Source: Patescibacteria group bacterium (GTDB lineage: Bacteria > Patescibacteriota > Patescibacteriia > UBA9934). Taken from it: 64,000 nt of DNA. Positions 47,449 to 56,049 of this stretch are shown in pieces; the first letter of the stretch is position 1; each line of letters starts with the position of its first letter. The notes under the pieces are model-generated. The model was given only the letters and a program-made list of their open reading frames with translations. It was not told the origin of the DNA and made no database searches. The DNA is taken from positions 260 to 64,259 of the forward strand of contig JBAYHK010000002.1 of assembly GCA_041666145.1 (NCBI GenBank), in the 5' to 3' direction. A program made the position numbers and the translations under genes.

Positions 47449-47593
47449 GTTTCGTGACGAAACGTGAAAAACGCTCGTCATGTAAGGCACTCTACATGAC
47501 AAAAATTCTCGGTCAACGAAATCGTGGGGATAAGAAATAAGCACGGGATAACTGCTCGAAAAAAATAAAGATTCCGAGTACGCTCGAGCCACT

Positions 47594-48019
47594 ATGGACG
47601 TTCCAATTCGTCGGCTTTCTCAATTCACCCCGCTGCCTGAATACAAAACATCAGGCGCATGTGCGTTTGATATTGCCGTAATCGAGGAAAAAACATTACA
47701 ACCAAATGAACGTGCGATTTTTTCCACGGGTCTTGTTATAAAAGTACCAGACGATCAAGTCCTTATTCTTGCCTCTCGATCAAGCAATGCAAAAAAAGGA
47801 ATTGTCTTGAGCAATGGAATCGGCGTTATTGACAACGACCACTGCGGACCGAATGATCAGCTTCTTCTCGCAATTCTTAATATCGGAAATACACCATATT
47901 CCATCAAAATCGGAGAACGAATTGCCCAAGGATTCTTCGTGCCATTTTCTCGTGCAACATTCGTTGAACCAGAAGAATGGGACTTGCCTGATCGTGGCAG
48001 TTTTGGCACCACTGGATAG
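47594..48019 (+). CDS. dut: dUTP diphosphatase (dUTPase)
   Basis: GACAFDIA, RSSNAKKGIVLSNGIGVIDNDHCGPNDQL, GERIAQGF and RGSFGTTG correspond to dUTPase motifs I-V. Confidence 0.9.
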   Translation: MDVPIRRLSQFTPLPEYKTSGACAFDIAVIEEKTLQPNERAIFSTGLVIKVPDDQVLILASRSSNAKKGIVLSNGIGVIDNDHCGPNDQLLLAILNIGNTPYSIKIGERIAQGFFVPFSRATFVEPEEWDLPDRGSFGTTG

Positions 48020-48085
48020 GACATTTTCTCATCTACAATCACCAAAGTTCCTGTATACTCAATACAATTCAATTCGAAAAAAACT

Positions 48086-48952
48086 ATGGCAAAACTCATC
48101 ACACTTGGTTCACTCATCGACAAGACCGTCGACCACTATCATCACAATTTTAAAGAACTCGTCGGTATAACTCTTTGGCTTATTGTTGGAGCAGCACCAT
48201 TTCTTTTTTCTGGATACATTGCCCCAATGGGAGTCGATGAAGCAACTCCCATGAATGAACTTATTGCATATCTTGGAATAAATACCGTTGGCTTTATTAC
48301 AACCACCATTGCAAGTTTCTGGATTGCAGCGTGCCTCATTCTCACAATCGATGCGCGAGCAAAAGGCAATGTTCCAAATCATGTCGCTCTTGGAAAGCAA
48401 TCATGGAGGCATATCCCGGAACTTATGGCGCTCTCAATCGGGATCGCTCTCGCAGCAGGAGCGGCCACAATCGCCCTTATTGTTCCAAGCTTCCTTATCA
48501 TGTTCCTTAATGGTGCAGAAGGCGCTCTTGGTGTTGCCATTGGAGTCATTGGTGTTCTTCTTCTTTTTACTGGAATTATCGCAGCAATCTACGCAGTAAT
48601 CCGATACGGCGTAGAACTTACCTTTGCACAATTTTTTCTTGTACTCGGGCAGAAAAATATCTGGGGAGCAATAAAAGAATCGCATGCTGCAGTTCAAGGT
48701 TCTTGGTGGAATATTGCAATACGATTATTTGTTCCAAATGCGATCATTTCACTCATCGTTATTGCAGGAACAATGACCATAAATATCGCAACAACAGTTC
48801 TTGTATCCTTTGCTGCCGCGTCTCTCTCCAGTCTTGCAATCAAGCTCATCGCGATTGGGCTCACATTGAGCATTTTCATTGTAAACGCCTTAATCATGCC
48901 GCTCTATTCGCTTGCAATCTACTATCTCTATGACAGCATCAAGCGATCGTAA
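48086..48952 (+). CDS. Hypothetical polytopic membrane protein (288 aa)
   Basis: At least 6 hydrophobic helices. No family recognised. Confidence 0.5.
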   Translation: MAKLITLGSLIDKTVDHYHHNFKELVGITLWLIVGAAPFLFSGYIAPMGVDEATPMNELIAYLGINTVGFITTTIASFWIAACLILTIDARAKGNVPNHVALGKQSWRHIPELMALSIGIALAAGAATIALIVPSFLIMFLNGAEGALGVAIGVIGVLLLFTGIIAAIYAVIRYGVELTFAQFFLVLGQKNIWGAIKESHAAVQGSWWNIAIRLFVPNAIISLIVIAGTMTINIATTVLVSFAAASLSSLAIKLIAIGLTLSIFIVNALIMPLYSLAIYYLYDSIKRS

Positions 48953-49706
48953 TCTGGAAGAAGAAAATACAACACAAAAATTTCCAAGCGCATTCGAAAT
49001 TTTGTTCTACAGCATTGTTCTTACAAAACGCTACGCAAATGAAGTCTACGGATTTGCCGCCTATCTTCTATTCCCCATCATTCTTGCAATTGGAACACAG
49101 AATGTTTCAGGAACCTTTGGAGAAATTCTTTCTGCAACCGTAAACGTTCTTTTTATTCTTCTTGCGTGCTGGATTCATGCAGCGATCATTACCCTGGTAA
49201 GCATGCGAGCGACACATCCAAAAAAAGATCCAGATCCTCGAAGCGTCGGTCTGTACGCGCTCTCTATTCTCAATACACTGGTCTTCGCACTGCTTCTTTC
49301 AACACTCATACAATTTGCCGGCTACGTTCTTTTTATTATTCCAGGAATCATTCTCACGGTTCTCCTTAGCTTTGCTTCTCAAGAAGTTGTCCTTCATGGA
49401 GCCGGGCCACTCTCAGCACTTGCAGCGTCTCGAGCAAAGATTCAGCCTTTTTTTCTTCCTATTGCATGGCGCTTTATTGTTCTCACGATTGGAATACTCG
49501 GTTCATACATTATTCTTACTGCAATCATTTTCGCACTCGTAAGTCTTGCTACTGGAATTGATTTTGTAACGCTTGTTACCGTAACTCCAACCTGGCTTGA
49601 CGCTTTGCTCACAGTGTTGCAAATTGCCTTCTTGCCACCACTCATCATCGGGCAAACCGTGCTTTATCTTGCAACAGAAACGGCTCCAAAAGAACCTGAA
49701 AAATAA
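48912..49706 (+). CDS. Hypothetical polytopic membrane protein (264 aa), same architecture as the upstream gene
   Basis: Multiple TM helices. Overlaps the upstream ORF by 41 nt. Possibly a paralogue. Confidence 0.5.
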   Translation: MQSTISMTASSDRNLEEENTTQKFPSAFEILFYSIVLTKRYANEVYGFAAYLLFPIILAIGTQNVSGTFGEILSATVNVLFILLACWIHAAIITLVSMRATHPKKDPDPRSVGLYALSILNTLVFALLLSTLIQFAGYVLFIIPGIILTVLLSFASQEVVLHGAGPLSALAASRAKIQPFFLPIAWRFIVLTIGILGSYIILTAIIFALVSLATGIDFVTLVTVTPTWLDALLTVLQIAFLPPLIIGQTVLYLATETAPKEPEK

Positions 49707-49709
49707 GCT

Positions 49710-51215
49710 ATGCATCTGCAACCTGTTATTGGACTTGAAACGCACATTGAACTAAGCACTGTAACCAAAATGTTCTGCGGATGTGCTGCGCATGAAGATG
49801 CTGTCGCACCAAACACAAATGTCTGTCCTATCTGCATGGGACACCCTGGCACGCTTCCTGTTCCAAATGCAGCGGCACTGCATCATGCAGTACTCCTTGG
49901 GATTGCACTCAACGGAACCATTGCGGAACATTCAAAATTTGATCGGAAAAATTACTTCTATCCAGATCTTCCAAAGGCATATCAAATCTCTCAATTCGAT
50001 CTTCCAATCATGCAGAATGGAGAAGTTGTTATTGACGTTCCTGGAATAGGTCCTTCACGCATCGGCATTGAACGCATGCATCTTGAAGAAGACTCTGCAA
50101 AAAATATCCATGGCAAAGACGGAAAAACGTATGTCGACTTTAATCGAGCGAGCATTCCTCTCTGTGAAGTTGTTACAAGGCCAGATTTTCGAAGTGGCGC
50201 AGAGGCAAAAGCCTATGTTCAAGAACTTCGTCTCCTCGTAAGAATGCTCGGCATTTCTGACGGCGACCTTGAACGCGGTCATCTCCGTTGCGACGTGAAT
50301 GTTTCACTTCGAGAAGTCGATGAAACTGGCTTACCAATTGGACCGTTACATCCAAAAACAGAAATCAAGAACATCAATTCCTTCCGAGCTATTGAACGCG
50401 CAATTCAATACGAAATTCAACGTCAAACTGCGCTCTGGAATGCTGGCACTCCGCCAATGATCACCACAACTCGCGGATGGAATGACGCAACACAAACCAC
50501 AGACGCACAGCGAACAAAAGAAGACTCCGCAGACTATCGCTACTTCCCAGAGCCAGACATCCCACCGCTTAATCTTCGAGAACTTTCCGAAGAAATCCGC
50601 CGACGCATTCCAGAACTTCCGCAAGCAAAACGAGAACGGTTCATTGCGGAATACGGATTCAAAGCAGAAGAGGCTCGATACATTATTGACGACAGCGCAC
50701 TCGCGAACTTCACCGAAGAAATAATGTCCGAGCTTGGTGTATGGATTGAATCAGAAGCGAATGTCACTCCTGAATCAATGCCAGAAGAAAAGCTTAAGCT
50801 CACAAAACTCGTTGCAAGCTGGCTCATAACAAAGTTCCCAAGCGTCCTAACTGCACAAGGAAAAACATACGAGTCAACACACATTGTCGCAGAACGTTTT
50901 GCAGACTTTCTTACACGAATTGCTCGCAGACAGTTGACTGTGCAAAAAGGTCTCGAGGTTCTCTCGCTCATGGAAAAGGATCAAATCGACGTTGACGATG
51001 CAATCGAAAAACTCGGAACTGTTTCAAGCCATAATGAAAGCGACATCGACGTCATCGTCATAGAAGTGCTCAATTCATGTCCTGAAGAAGTCGCCAGATA
51101 CAAAAACGGCGAAACAAAACTTCTCCCCTTTTTCCTGGGGCAAGTCATGAAAGCCTCTAAAGGAAACGCGGATCCTTCCACTGCGACTGCAGCCCTAAAA
51201 AAAGCACTCACCTAA
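49710..51215 (+). CDS. gatB: Asp/Glu-tRNA(Asn/Gln) amidotransferase subunit B
   Basis: IGLETHIELSTVTKMFCGCA, YFYPDLPKAYQISQ and the C-terminal YqeY-like tail. Confidence 0.95.
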   Translation: MHLQPVIGLETHIELSTVTKMFCGCAAHEDAVAPNTNVCPICMGHPGTLPVPNAAALHHAVLLGIALNGTIAEHSKFDRKNYFYPDLPKAYQISQFDLPIMQNGEVVIDVPGIGPSRIGIERMHLEEDSAKNIHGKDGKTYVDFNRASIPLCEVVTRPDFRSGAEAKAYVQELRLLVRMLGISDGDLERGHLRCDVNVSLREVDETGLPIGPLHPKTEIKNINSFRAIERAIQYEIQRQTALWNAGTPPMITTTRGWNDATQTTDAQRTKEDSADYRYFPEPDIPPLNLRELSEEIRRRIPELPQAKRERFIAEYGFKAEEARYIIDDSALANFTEEIMSELGVWIESEANVTPESMPEEKLKLTKLVASWLITKFPSVLTAQGKTYESTHIVAERFADFLTRIARRQLTVQKGLEVLSLMEKDQIDVDDAIEKLGTVSSHNESDIDVIVIEVLNSCPEEVARYKNGETKLLPFFLGQVMKASKGNADPSTATAALKKALT

Positions 51216-51252
51216 CAAAAGTCGGCCAATCGGCCGACTTTTGTTTTCCACA

Positions 51253-51972
51253 CTAGATCCCTCTATCTACATTAATTATCGATGACATCTCCCTGTCTAT
51301 TTCACGCATCTCATCAGCAATCTCACGCTTACGTCCCGCCTTTCCAAACTGCCAAAACTTAATCGACCCAAGTTCTTGCTGAAGTCTTTCCCGGTCCAAA
51401 CGAAGCTCATCTCGTCGCGATAATGGTCTTGCTTCTTTTGTCTTTATAACTAAATGGCTCAGCTCTTCACCGATCCTCTCTCGGGCAATAGCAATACGAT
51501 CCTCTCTAGATAACTCATCACTTTCTGGCCGCATCTTTGATCGTGCCTGAATGGGAAGCTTAGACTCTAATTCTGCTTCAATAACATCACGTTCCCTTAA
51601 AACTTCTTCTATATCGTCATCAAGACCAGTAAGATAATCTCGTCCAGATTTGAAAAATCGACGGAAAACTCCATCTGCATTCTTTCTTCTCATCCTAAGA
51701 TCGCGTAGCTGATTATTTAACGCGTCACGCTGAAGCGTAAGAGCCGAAACACCATTCAAATCATCCAATATATCTCTTTCTAGTATCTTCTCGCGGATTA
51801 CTTGAGCTTCCTGTCTATCCGCTATCTTCTCACTTCTTTTAAGCTCATGCTCTTTTAAAAATAAAATTGGTTCACCGATCTTGTCTTCGGCCGCTTCTCT
51901 ACTCTTAGGCTTCTCAACGAAGGGACGGGAGGGGGCCTCTCTTCGTGGAATTTGTGAAATTAAGTTCTCCAT
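51253..51972 (-). CDS. Hypothetical charged coiled-coil protein (239 aa)
   Basis: Very high Arg/Glu/Lys/Asp content with heptad-like periodicity. No motif. Confidence 0.45.
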   Translation of the reverse strand: MENLISQIPRREAPSRPFVEKPKSREAAEDKIGEPILFLKEHELKRSEKIADRQEAQVIREKILERDILDDLNGVSALTLQRDALNNQLRDLRMRRKNADGVFRRFFKSGRDYLTGLDDDIEEVLRERDVIEAELESKLPIQARSKMRPESDELSREDRIAIARERIGEELSHLVIKTKEARPLSRRDELRLDRERLQQELGSIKFWQFGKAGRKREIADEMREIDREMSSIINVDRGI

Positions 51973-52030
51973 ATTCTAAAAGCGTTAATGCTTGAGAAGA
52001 TTATCCTACTCTCTACTCTAACAGTCGATG

Positions 52031-53005
52031 TCATTTACACACATTCAAAAACTTTTCTACCGCCAACATTGCCTGTTTTTCTGTTTTCACCCACACAATC
52101 CGCTCATCTCGTCGAAACCATGTTTCTTGCCTCTTTGCATAATGACGGGTGTCGTACTTTATGCGGAGAACGGCGTCTCGCAAGGATTCTTTCTTTGCGA
52201 AGAAATCCGCAATCTGCCTATAGCCGATGCCGGTCATTGCTTGCGACTCTGCGCCGTAGCGTTCGAGCAATCCTCGCACTTCGTCAATGAGCCCTTGGCC
52301 AATCATCTCATCAACACGCTGGTCGATTCGTAAAAAAAGCTCACTGCGCTCAACGTCCATTCCTATCTGCAACACGTCATAAATCGGTTCGCTAAATTCT
52401 TGATGCTCCGCAAGCGTTCCACCCGTTGTCCGAAGAATCTCCAAAGCACGCACAAGTCGCCGACGATTACGGTCATCAATTGCTGCCGCAGCATCAGGAT
52501 CTCGAAGCGCAATCTCCTCTAAAAGATCATTATCACTCATCGCCTCAAGTTCAGATCGAAGTAATGGATCTGGCGCAGCGCCAGCAAAATTTGGCCTATC
52601 AACGATTGCACGAATATACAAACCAGTGCCGCCGACAATAATTGGCACGTTTCCCCTATCAAGAATCTCAGCAATCTTTTTATCTGCATATTCTTGATAC
52701 TGCGAAACCGTAAAAGGCTCATCTGGATTCACGAGATCGAATCCCCAGTGCGGGACTCCGTCGACCATGCGGGGATGATCGGAGAAGAGAGATTCGATTC
52801 GACCCCCTCCAGCTCCCCCTTGGTAAGGGGGAGAGTCCACGTCTGCAGTCGGCTTTGCGGTTCCAATGTCCATGCCTCGATAAACGGTTCGGCTGTCTGC
52901 AGCAATGACTTCCCCGCCAAAACGCTTCGCTAATGCAATCCCGACCCCAGTCTTTCCAGAGCACGTTGGCCCACAAACTACCAAGATTTTCGGAAGCTTT
53001 TCTAT
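52031..53005 (-). CDS. miaA: tRNA dimethylallyltransferase
   Basis: Start refined to MIEKLPKILVVCGPTCSGKT (P-loop). VIAADSRTVYRGMDIGTAKPT. Contains a Gly-rich insertion (PPYQGGAGGGR). Confidence 0.9.
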   Translation of the reverse strand: MEKLPKILVVCGPTCSGKTGVGIALAKRFGGEVIAADSRTVYRGMDIGTAKPTADVDSPPYQGGAGGGRIESLFSDHPRMVDGVPHWGFDLVNPDEPFTVSQYQEYADKKIAEILDRGNVPIIVGGTGLYIRAIVDRPNFAGAAPDPLLRSELEAMSDNDLLEEIALRDPDAAAAIDDRNRRRLVRALEILRTTGGTLAEHQEFSEPIYDVLQIGMDVERSELFLRIDQRVDEMIGQGLIDEVRGLLERYGAESQAMTGIGYRQIADFFAKKESLRDAVLRIKYDTRHYAKRQETWFRRDERIVWVKTEKQAMLAVEKFLNVCK

Positions 53006-53140
53006 CATATTCCGCGATCGTACCACCTTCACAAAAATCACTCTTGCAAAAAATCATTTTTTCTGCTAATATTCGCTGTTTCTCGAACATCAGTCCGTGA
53101 TCGAGATTCAACCCAAAACCTTTCGTTTCGTGGAGAAAAA

Positions 53141-53665
53141 ATGTCTGGAACACGACCACCTCCTCACTTCCGTCTCGTCAAACCGACCGAAGAAACTGAT
53201 AATGACGAATCCATCGAGAACCAAAGCCGCGAACCTTGGTGGTGGCGCACCCTCGTCATTGGCACCCTCAAGTTCGGTCGCTGGCGGTTCTCACCGCTGT
53301 GGCCCGCTTTCTACGTGTTGCGACAGCTTCGCAACCTGAACATCAAAGATGCGATGGATGAAATAAACAGAGATTACGGAGAATACATCAGGAAAAGAGG
53401 CTGGAACGCTCTAACGCTTTTCCTCCGCATACACGAACAGGCCTACAAAGATCCAGGATTCCGTCTTGTCTGCGAAAAAGCGGTACGGAAACATCGAGTC
53501 AGCTTCTTCGGTCTCGACGTCATCCTGAATCAAGAGATCCAGGGACAAAGCCCGATCATCTGTCATCTCGATTGGGTGGCAGGGAAACTGAAGTCTCCGC
53601 TACCTCCCAAAAAAAGCATACAGAAAGAAAAGGCGGAAACGCCGGCTCTCAAATTTGCTCGATAA
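53141..53665 (+). CDS. Hypothetical protein (174 aa) in a GC-richer segment
   Basis: ORF-track ORF with a Trp/Arg-rich segment (EPWWWRTLVIGTLKFGRWRF). Composition is distinct from its neighbours. Confidence 0.4.
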   Translation: MSGTRPPPHFRLVKPTEETDNDESIENQSREPWWWRTLVIGTLKFGRWRFSPLWPAFYVLRQLRNLNIKDAMDEINRDYGEYIRKRGWNALTLFLRIHEQAYKDPGFRLVCEKAVRKHRVSFFGLDVILNQEIQGQSPIICHLDWVAGKLKSPLPPKKSIQKEKAETPALKFAR

Positions 53666-53821
53666 AAAAACTAGACCCCTGGCACTCTACGCGAGCGCTG
53701 GGGGTTTTACATTGTTGTCCACTATTTTTTCAATAAAAATAGACCAAAATTGGTACACTGTGGTGGTATTAATTTTTATCGCCATATGCAAAAAAGGGAA
53801 AAAGGAGGAAACGTTTTAGAG

Positions 53822-55615
53822 ATGAGCGAGAAAGGAATCGTTAAAGAAACATGGGATAGGAATTCTGAAGAATATGACACCGAAAAACGCGGAGAAGCTG
53901 CTCTTATTGCCGCACTCGAGCGAGGACGAGAACTAAAGCGAGGCTTTGTTGAAAAAGCTGGCCCTCTTTTGAGAGGCATTCAAAGCCGTATTACTAACCT
54001 TGCAAATCGCGGACTTTCATACATCGCGAAATTTATTGGCCATAGCGCCGAAGCAAAAGATACGGCGATAGAGGCGGGAGGCGCTCTGGCAGAAGAAGCA
54101 AAATTCGCAAACAGAAACACGCTTCCAGCGTTTGGAGAAATGGGTCGACGGGCCATAAAGGAATTGCTAAGCCCTGCAGAAGCAGTACGCGACCTTCTCA
54201 ATCCTGTTATTGTCTCTGAATCGCAAAAAGTAACCTTAGGTAACATTGATCGCGAAAGATTCGAAATAAATCAAAAACTCGCAATAACCAAACCCGGCAA
54301 GAAACGTGACGAACTAATTGCCACTCTCGATGATCTTCAAAAAGAGGAGGATGAGATTCTTCATCCATCACAATTCCGACGTGGAGGTGTTCAGCTCGCA
54401 AAAAAGAGCGCAATGATGGCTGGAGCTGTTGTTGCAGCGCCAGTTATTGGAGTTGGAATGCTTGGAGCTGCGGGAATAAGAGGAGCTGCAGAGATAGGAG
54501 CTGCTGGGATTGAAGTAGTTAAGGAAATGGGAGGCGAAGCAGCGGATGCGGGAGGCGATATGATTCTATCGGCCAGCGACTATGCTGCTAAAAAAATTAC
54601 CAATGCCGCAGAAAGTGCAAGGAACAAAAAATATGAACTGCTAACGGTTGGGGCAATCGCAAGAGAGGCGTTAGGCAAGGTGCTCGGCAAAGAAATGAAC
54701 CTAAGTTATGCTCAAACACTTTCACTCGGCGCATCTATTGAAGCATTAGGGCTTGCAAAAGACTTCGTCGGCAATGTTGCTGGAGCTGTTGGTGAGGTAT
54801 TATTACTTGAAGATCTAAAAGACATTGCAAGAAATAACCATGATGCACTGAAGACGATGTATCGAGTAATTGCGAATCCTGAAAGACGAAGGCTCTTTAT
54901 TGAGAGATTAAGTGAAGCGGATGTTGAAGCCGGAGCAGCTATAGAGGAAGTCGCAAGAGATATTGGTGTTGCAACATTAAAAGCAACGAAGAAAGCCTCT
55001 GGTTACAATATGGCGAAAAAAGCAGCAGAGACAACTGGCAGAGTATGGAGCAAAATCCAGGAAGGAATTAGTGAGGAGGAAGATAGGAAGGCGATGAGAG
55101 AAGAAGCTGCACAACAAGAAGATGTAGCAGGTAAAGAGGAAGAGTGGGAAAGGTTATCTAAAAACGTCCGAAGTGCAATCGACGGCCTTATAAAGACAAT
55201 AGAAGAAAGGGAGCGTCATAATTTAGAAGGCATCCAAGAGTTCGAGGATCGCCACAAAAAAAACTCGCTCTCCGGAGTTGCGAGCGGTGTTGAAGAAGCT
55301 GCCTTAGTTGTTGTGGCAGTAGAAGAACTTGAGGTAAAAGGAGGGGAGAAACTAATAGGAGCGATTACTGCGGAAAATGAAATCGCGACACAAGTTGCGG
55401 AAGTCGCAGTAAGAGCAGATGGAAAAGTCGGGAAGGCAATGGGAAAGGCACGACGTTCAATAAACGAAATACGCCGCGGAATGGCAATGAACATCGTCCG
55501 CCCAGAAACTGAAAGAGAGCGCAACGCTATTGCAAAAGCGATGGAAATGCTACACAGCATCGAAGATGGAACCGAGTTGCCAACAGGAGCAACGCAAGTC
55601 AAAGAAGTTGCATAA
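53822..55615 (+). CDS. Large all-alpha hypothetical protein (~598 aa) with a central Gly/Ala-zipper hydrophobic segment
   Basis: Start placed at MSEKG, 10 nt after an AAGGAGGA SD. Hydrophobic Gly/Ala segment AMMAGAVVAAPVIGVGMLGAAGIRGAAEIGAAGIEVV flanked by long charged helices. Purine-rich codon usage. Confidence 0.55.
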   Translation: MSEKGIVKETWDRNSEEYDTEKRGEAALIAALERGRELKRGFVEKAGPLLRGIQSRITNLANRGLSYIAKFIGHSAEAKDTAIEAGGALAEEAKFANRNTLPAFGEMGRRAIKELLSPAEAVRDLLNPVIVSESQKVTLGNIDRERFEINQKLAITKPGKKRDELIATLDDLQKEEDEILHPSQFRRGGVQLAKKSAMMAGAVVAAPVIGVGMLGAAGIRGAAEIGAAGIEVVKEMGGEAADAGGDMILSASDYAAKKITNAAESARNKKYELLTVGAIAREALGKVLGKEMNLSYAQTLSLGASIEALGLAKDFVGNVAGAVGEVLLLEDLKDIARNNHDALKTMYRVIANPERRRLFIERLSEADVEAGAAIEEVARDIGVATLKATKKASGYNMAKKAAETTGRVWSKIQEGISEEEDRKAMREEAAQQEDVAGKEEEWERLSKNVRSAIDGLIKTIEERERHNLEGIQEFEDRHKKNSLSGVASGVEEAALVVVAVEELEVKGGEKLIGAITAENEIATQVAEVAVRADGKVGKAMGKARRSINEIRRGMAMNIVRPETERERNAIAKAMEMLHSIEDGTELPTGATQVKEVA

Positions 55616-55642
55616 AGCACATCTCTAATTCCCTATTTTTCT

Positions 55643-55996
55643 ATGTCTCTTCAAACCATCGTACAAAACGCGCCGCTTGCTGCGGATGTAAAGAAAATGT
55701 TACTGGACAGAATTGCAAGTGAAGGAGAAACACCAGAGCTTACAGAAGATGTAAAGGTTGCATTACAAGATTACATTGATGCAGGCTTCAAAACGCTTGG
55801 AGTAGAACTTGATCCAAATGATCCAAAGGTACAAGCGGTTGCAACAGAGTTAAATGAGGAACTTGATGCGGTCGAAGAGGAATACAATGAAGAACTTGAA
55901 AACCTCAATATCGACGCTGCAGTTGCTCAAGCAAAAGGAAACAGAGACATTGACGGGCTTGAAGCGGACGCATTTAAGGCAAAAATGGCAGCGTAA
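55643..55996 (+). CDS. Small acidic helical protein (117 aa), co-oriented partner of the large helical protein
   Basis: 28-nt gap after the upstream gene. Very acidic (many E/D). Followed by a terminator. Confidence 0.5.
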   Translation: MSLQTIVQNAPLAADVKKMLLDRIASEGETPELTEDVKVALQDYIDAGFKTLGVELDPNDPKVQAVATELNEELDAVEEEYNEELENLNIDAAVAQAKGNRDIDGLEADAFKAKMAA

Positions 55997-55999
55997 GCA

Positions 56000-56040
56000 G
56001 CCAAACAAAAACACGACCAACTGGTCGTGTTTTTGTTTGT
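56000..56040. terminator. Bidirectional intrinsic terminator between the acidic-protein gene and thrS
   Basis: aaacaaaaa ACACGACCA act GGTCGTGT ttttgtttg. The A-run and T-run flank a perfect 9-bp stem. Confidence 0.6.
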
Positions 56041-56049
56041 GACCGGAAA

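Noticed and set aside
47386-47592. 68-aa minus-strand ORF in the DHFR-TS / dut intergenic region
   Set aside because: A strong intrinsic terminator (47404-47448) lies inside it, upstream of its stop codon, and it has no motif. The region is more plausibly non-coding RNA or leader.
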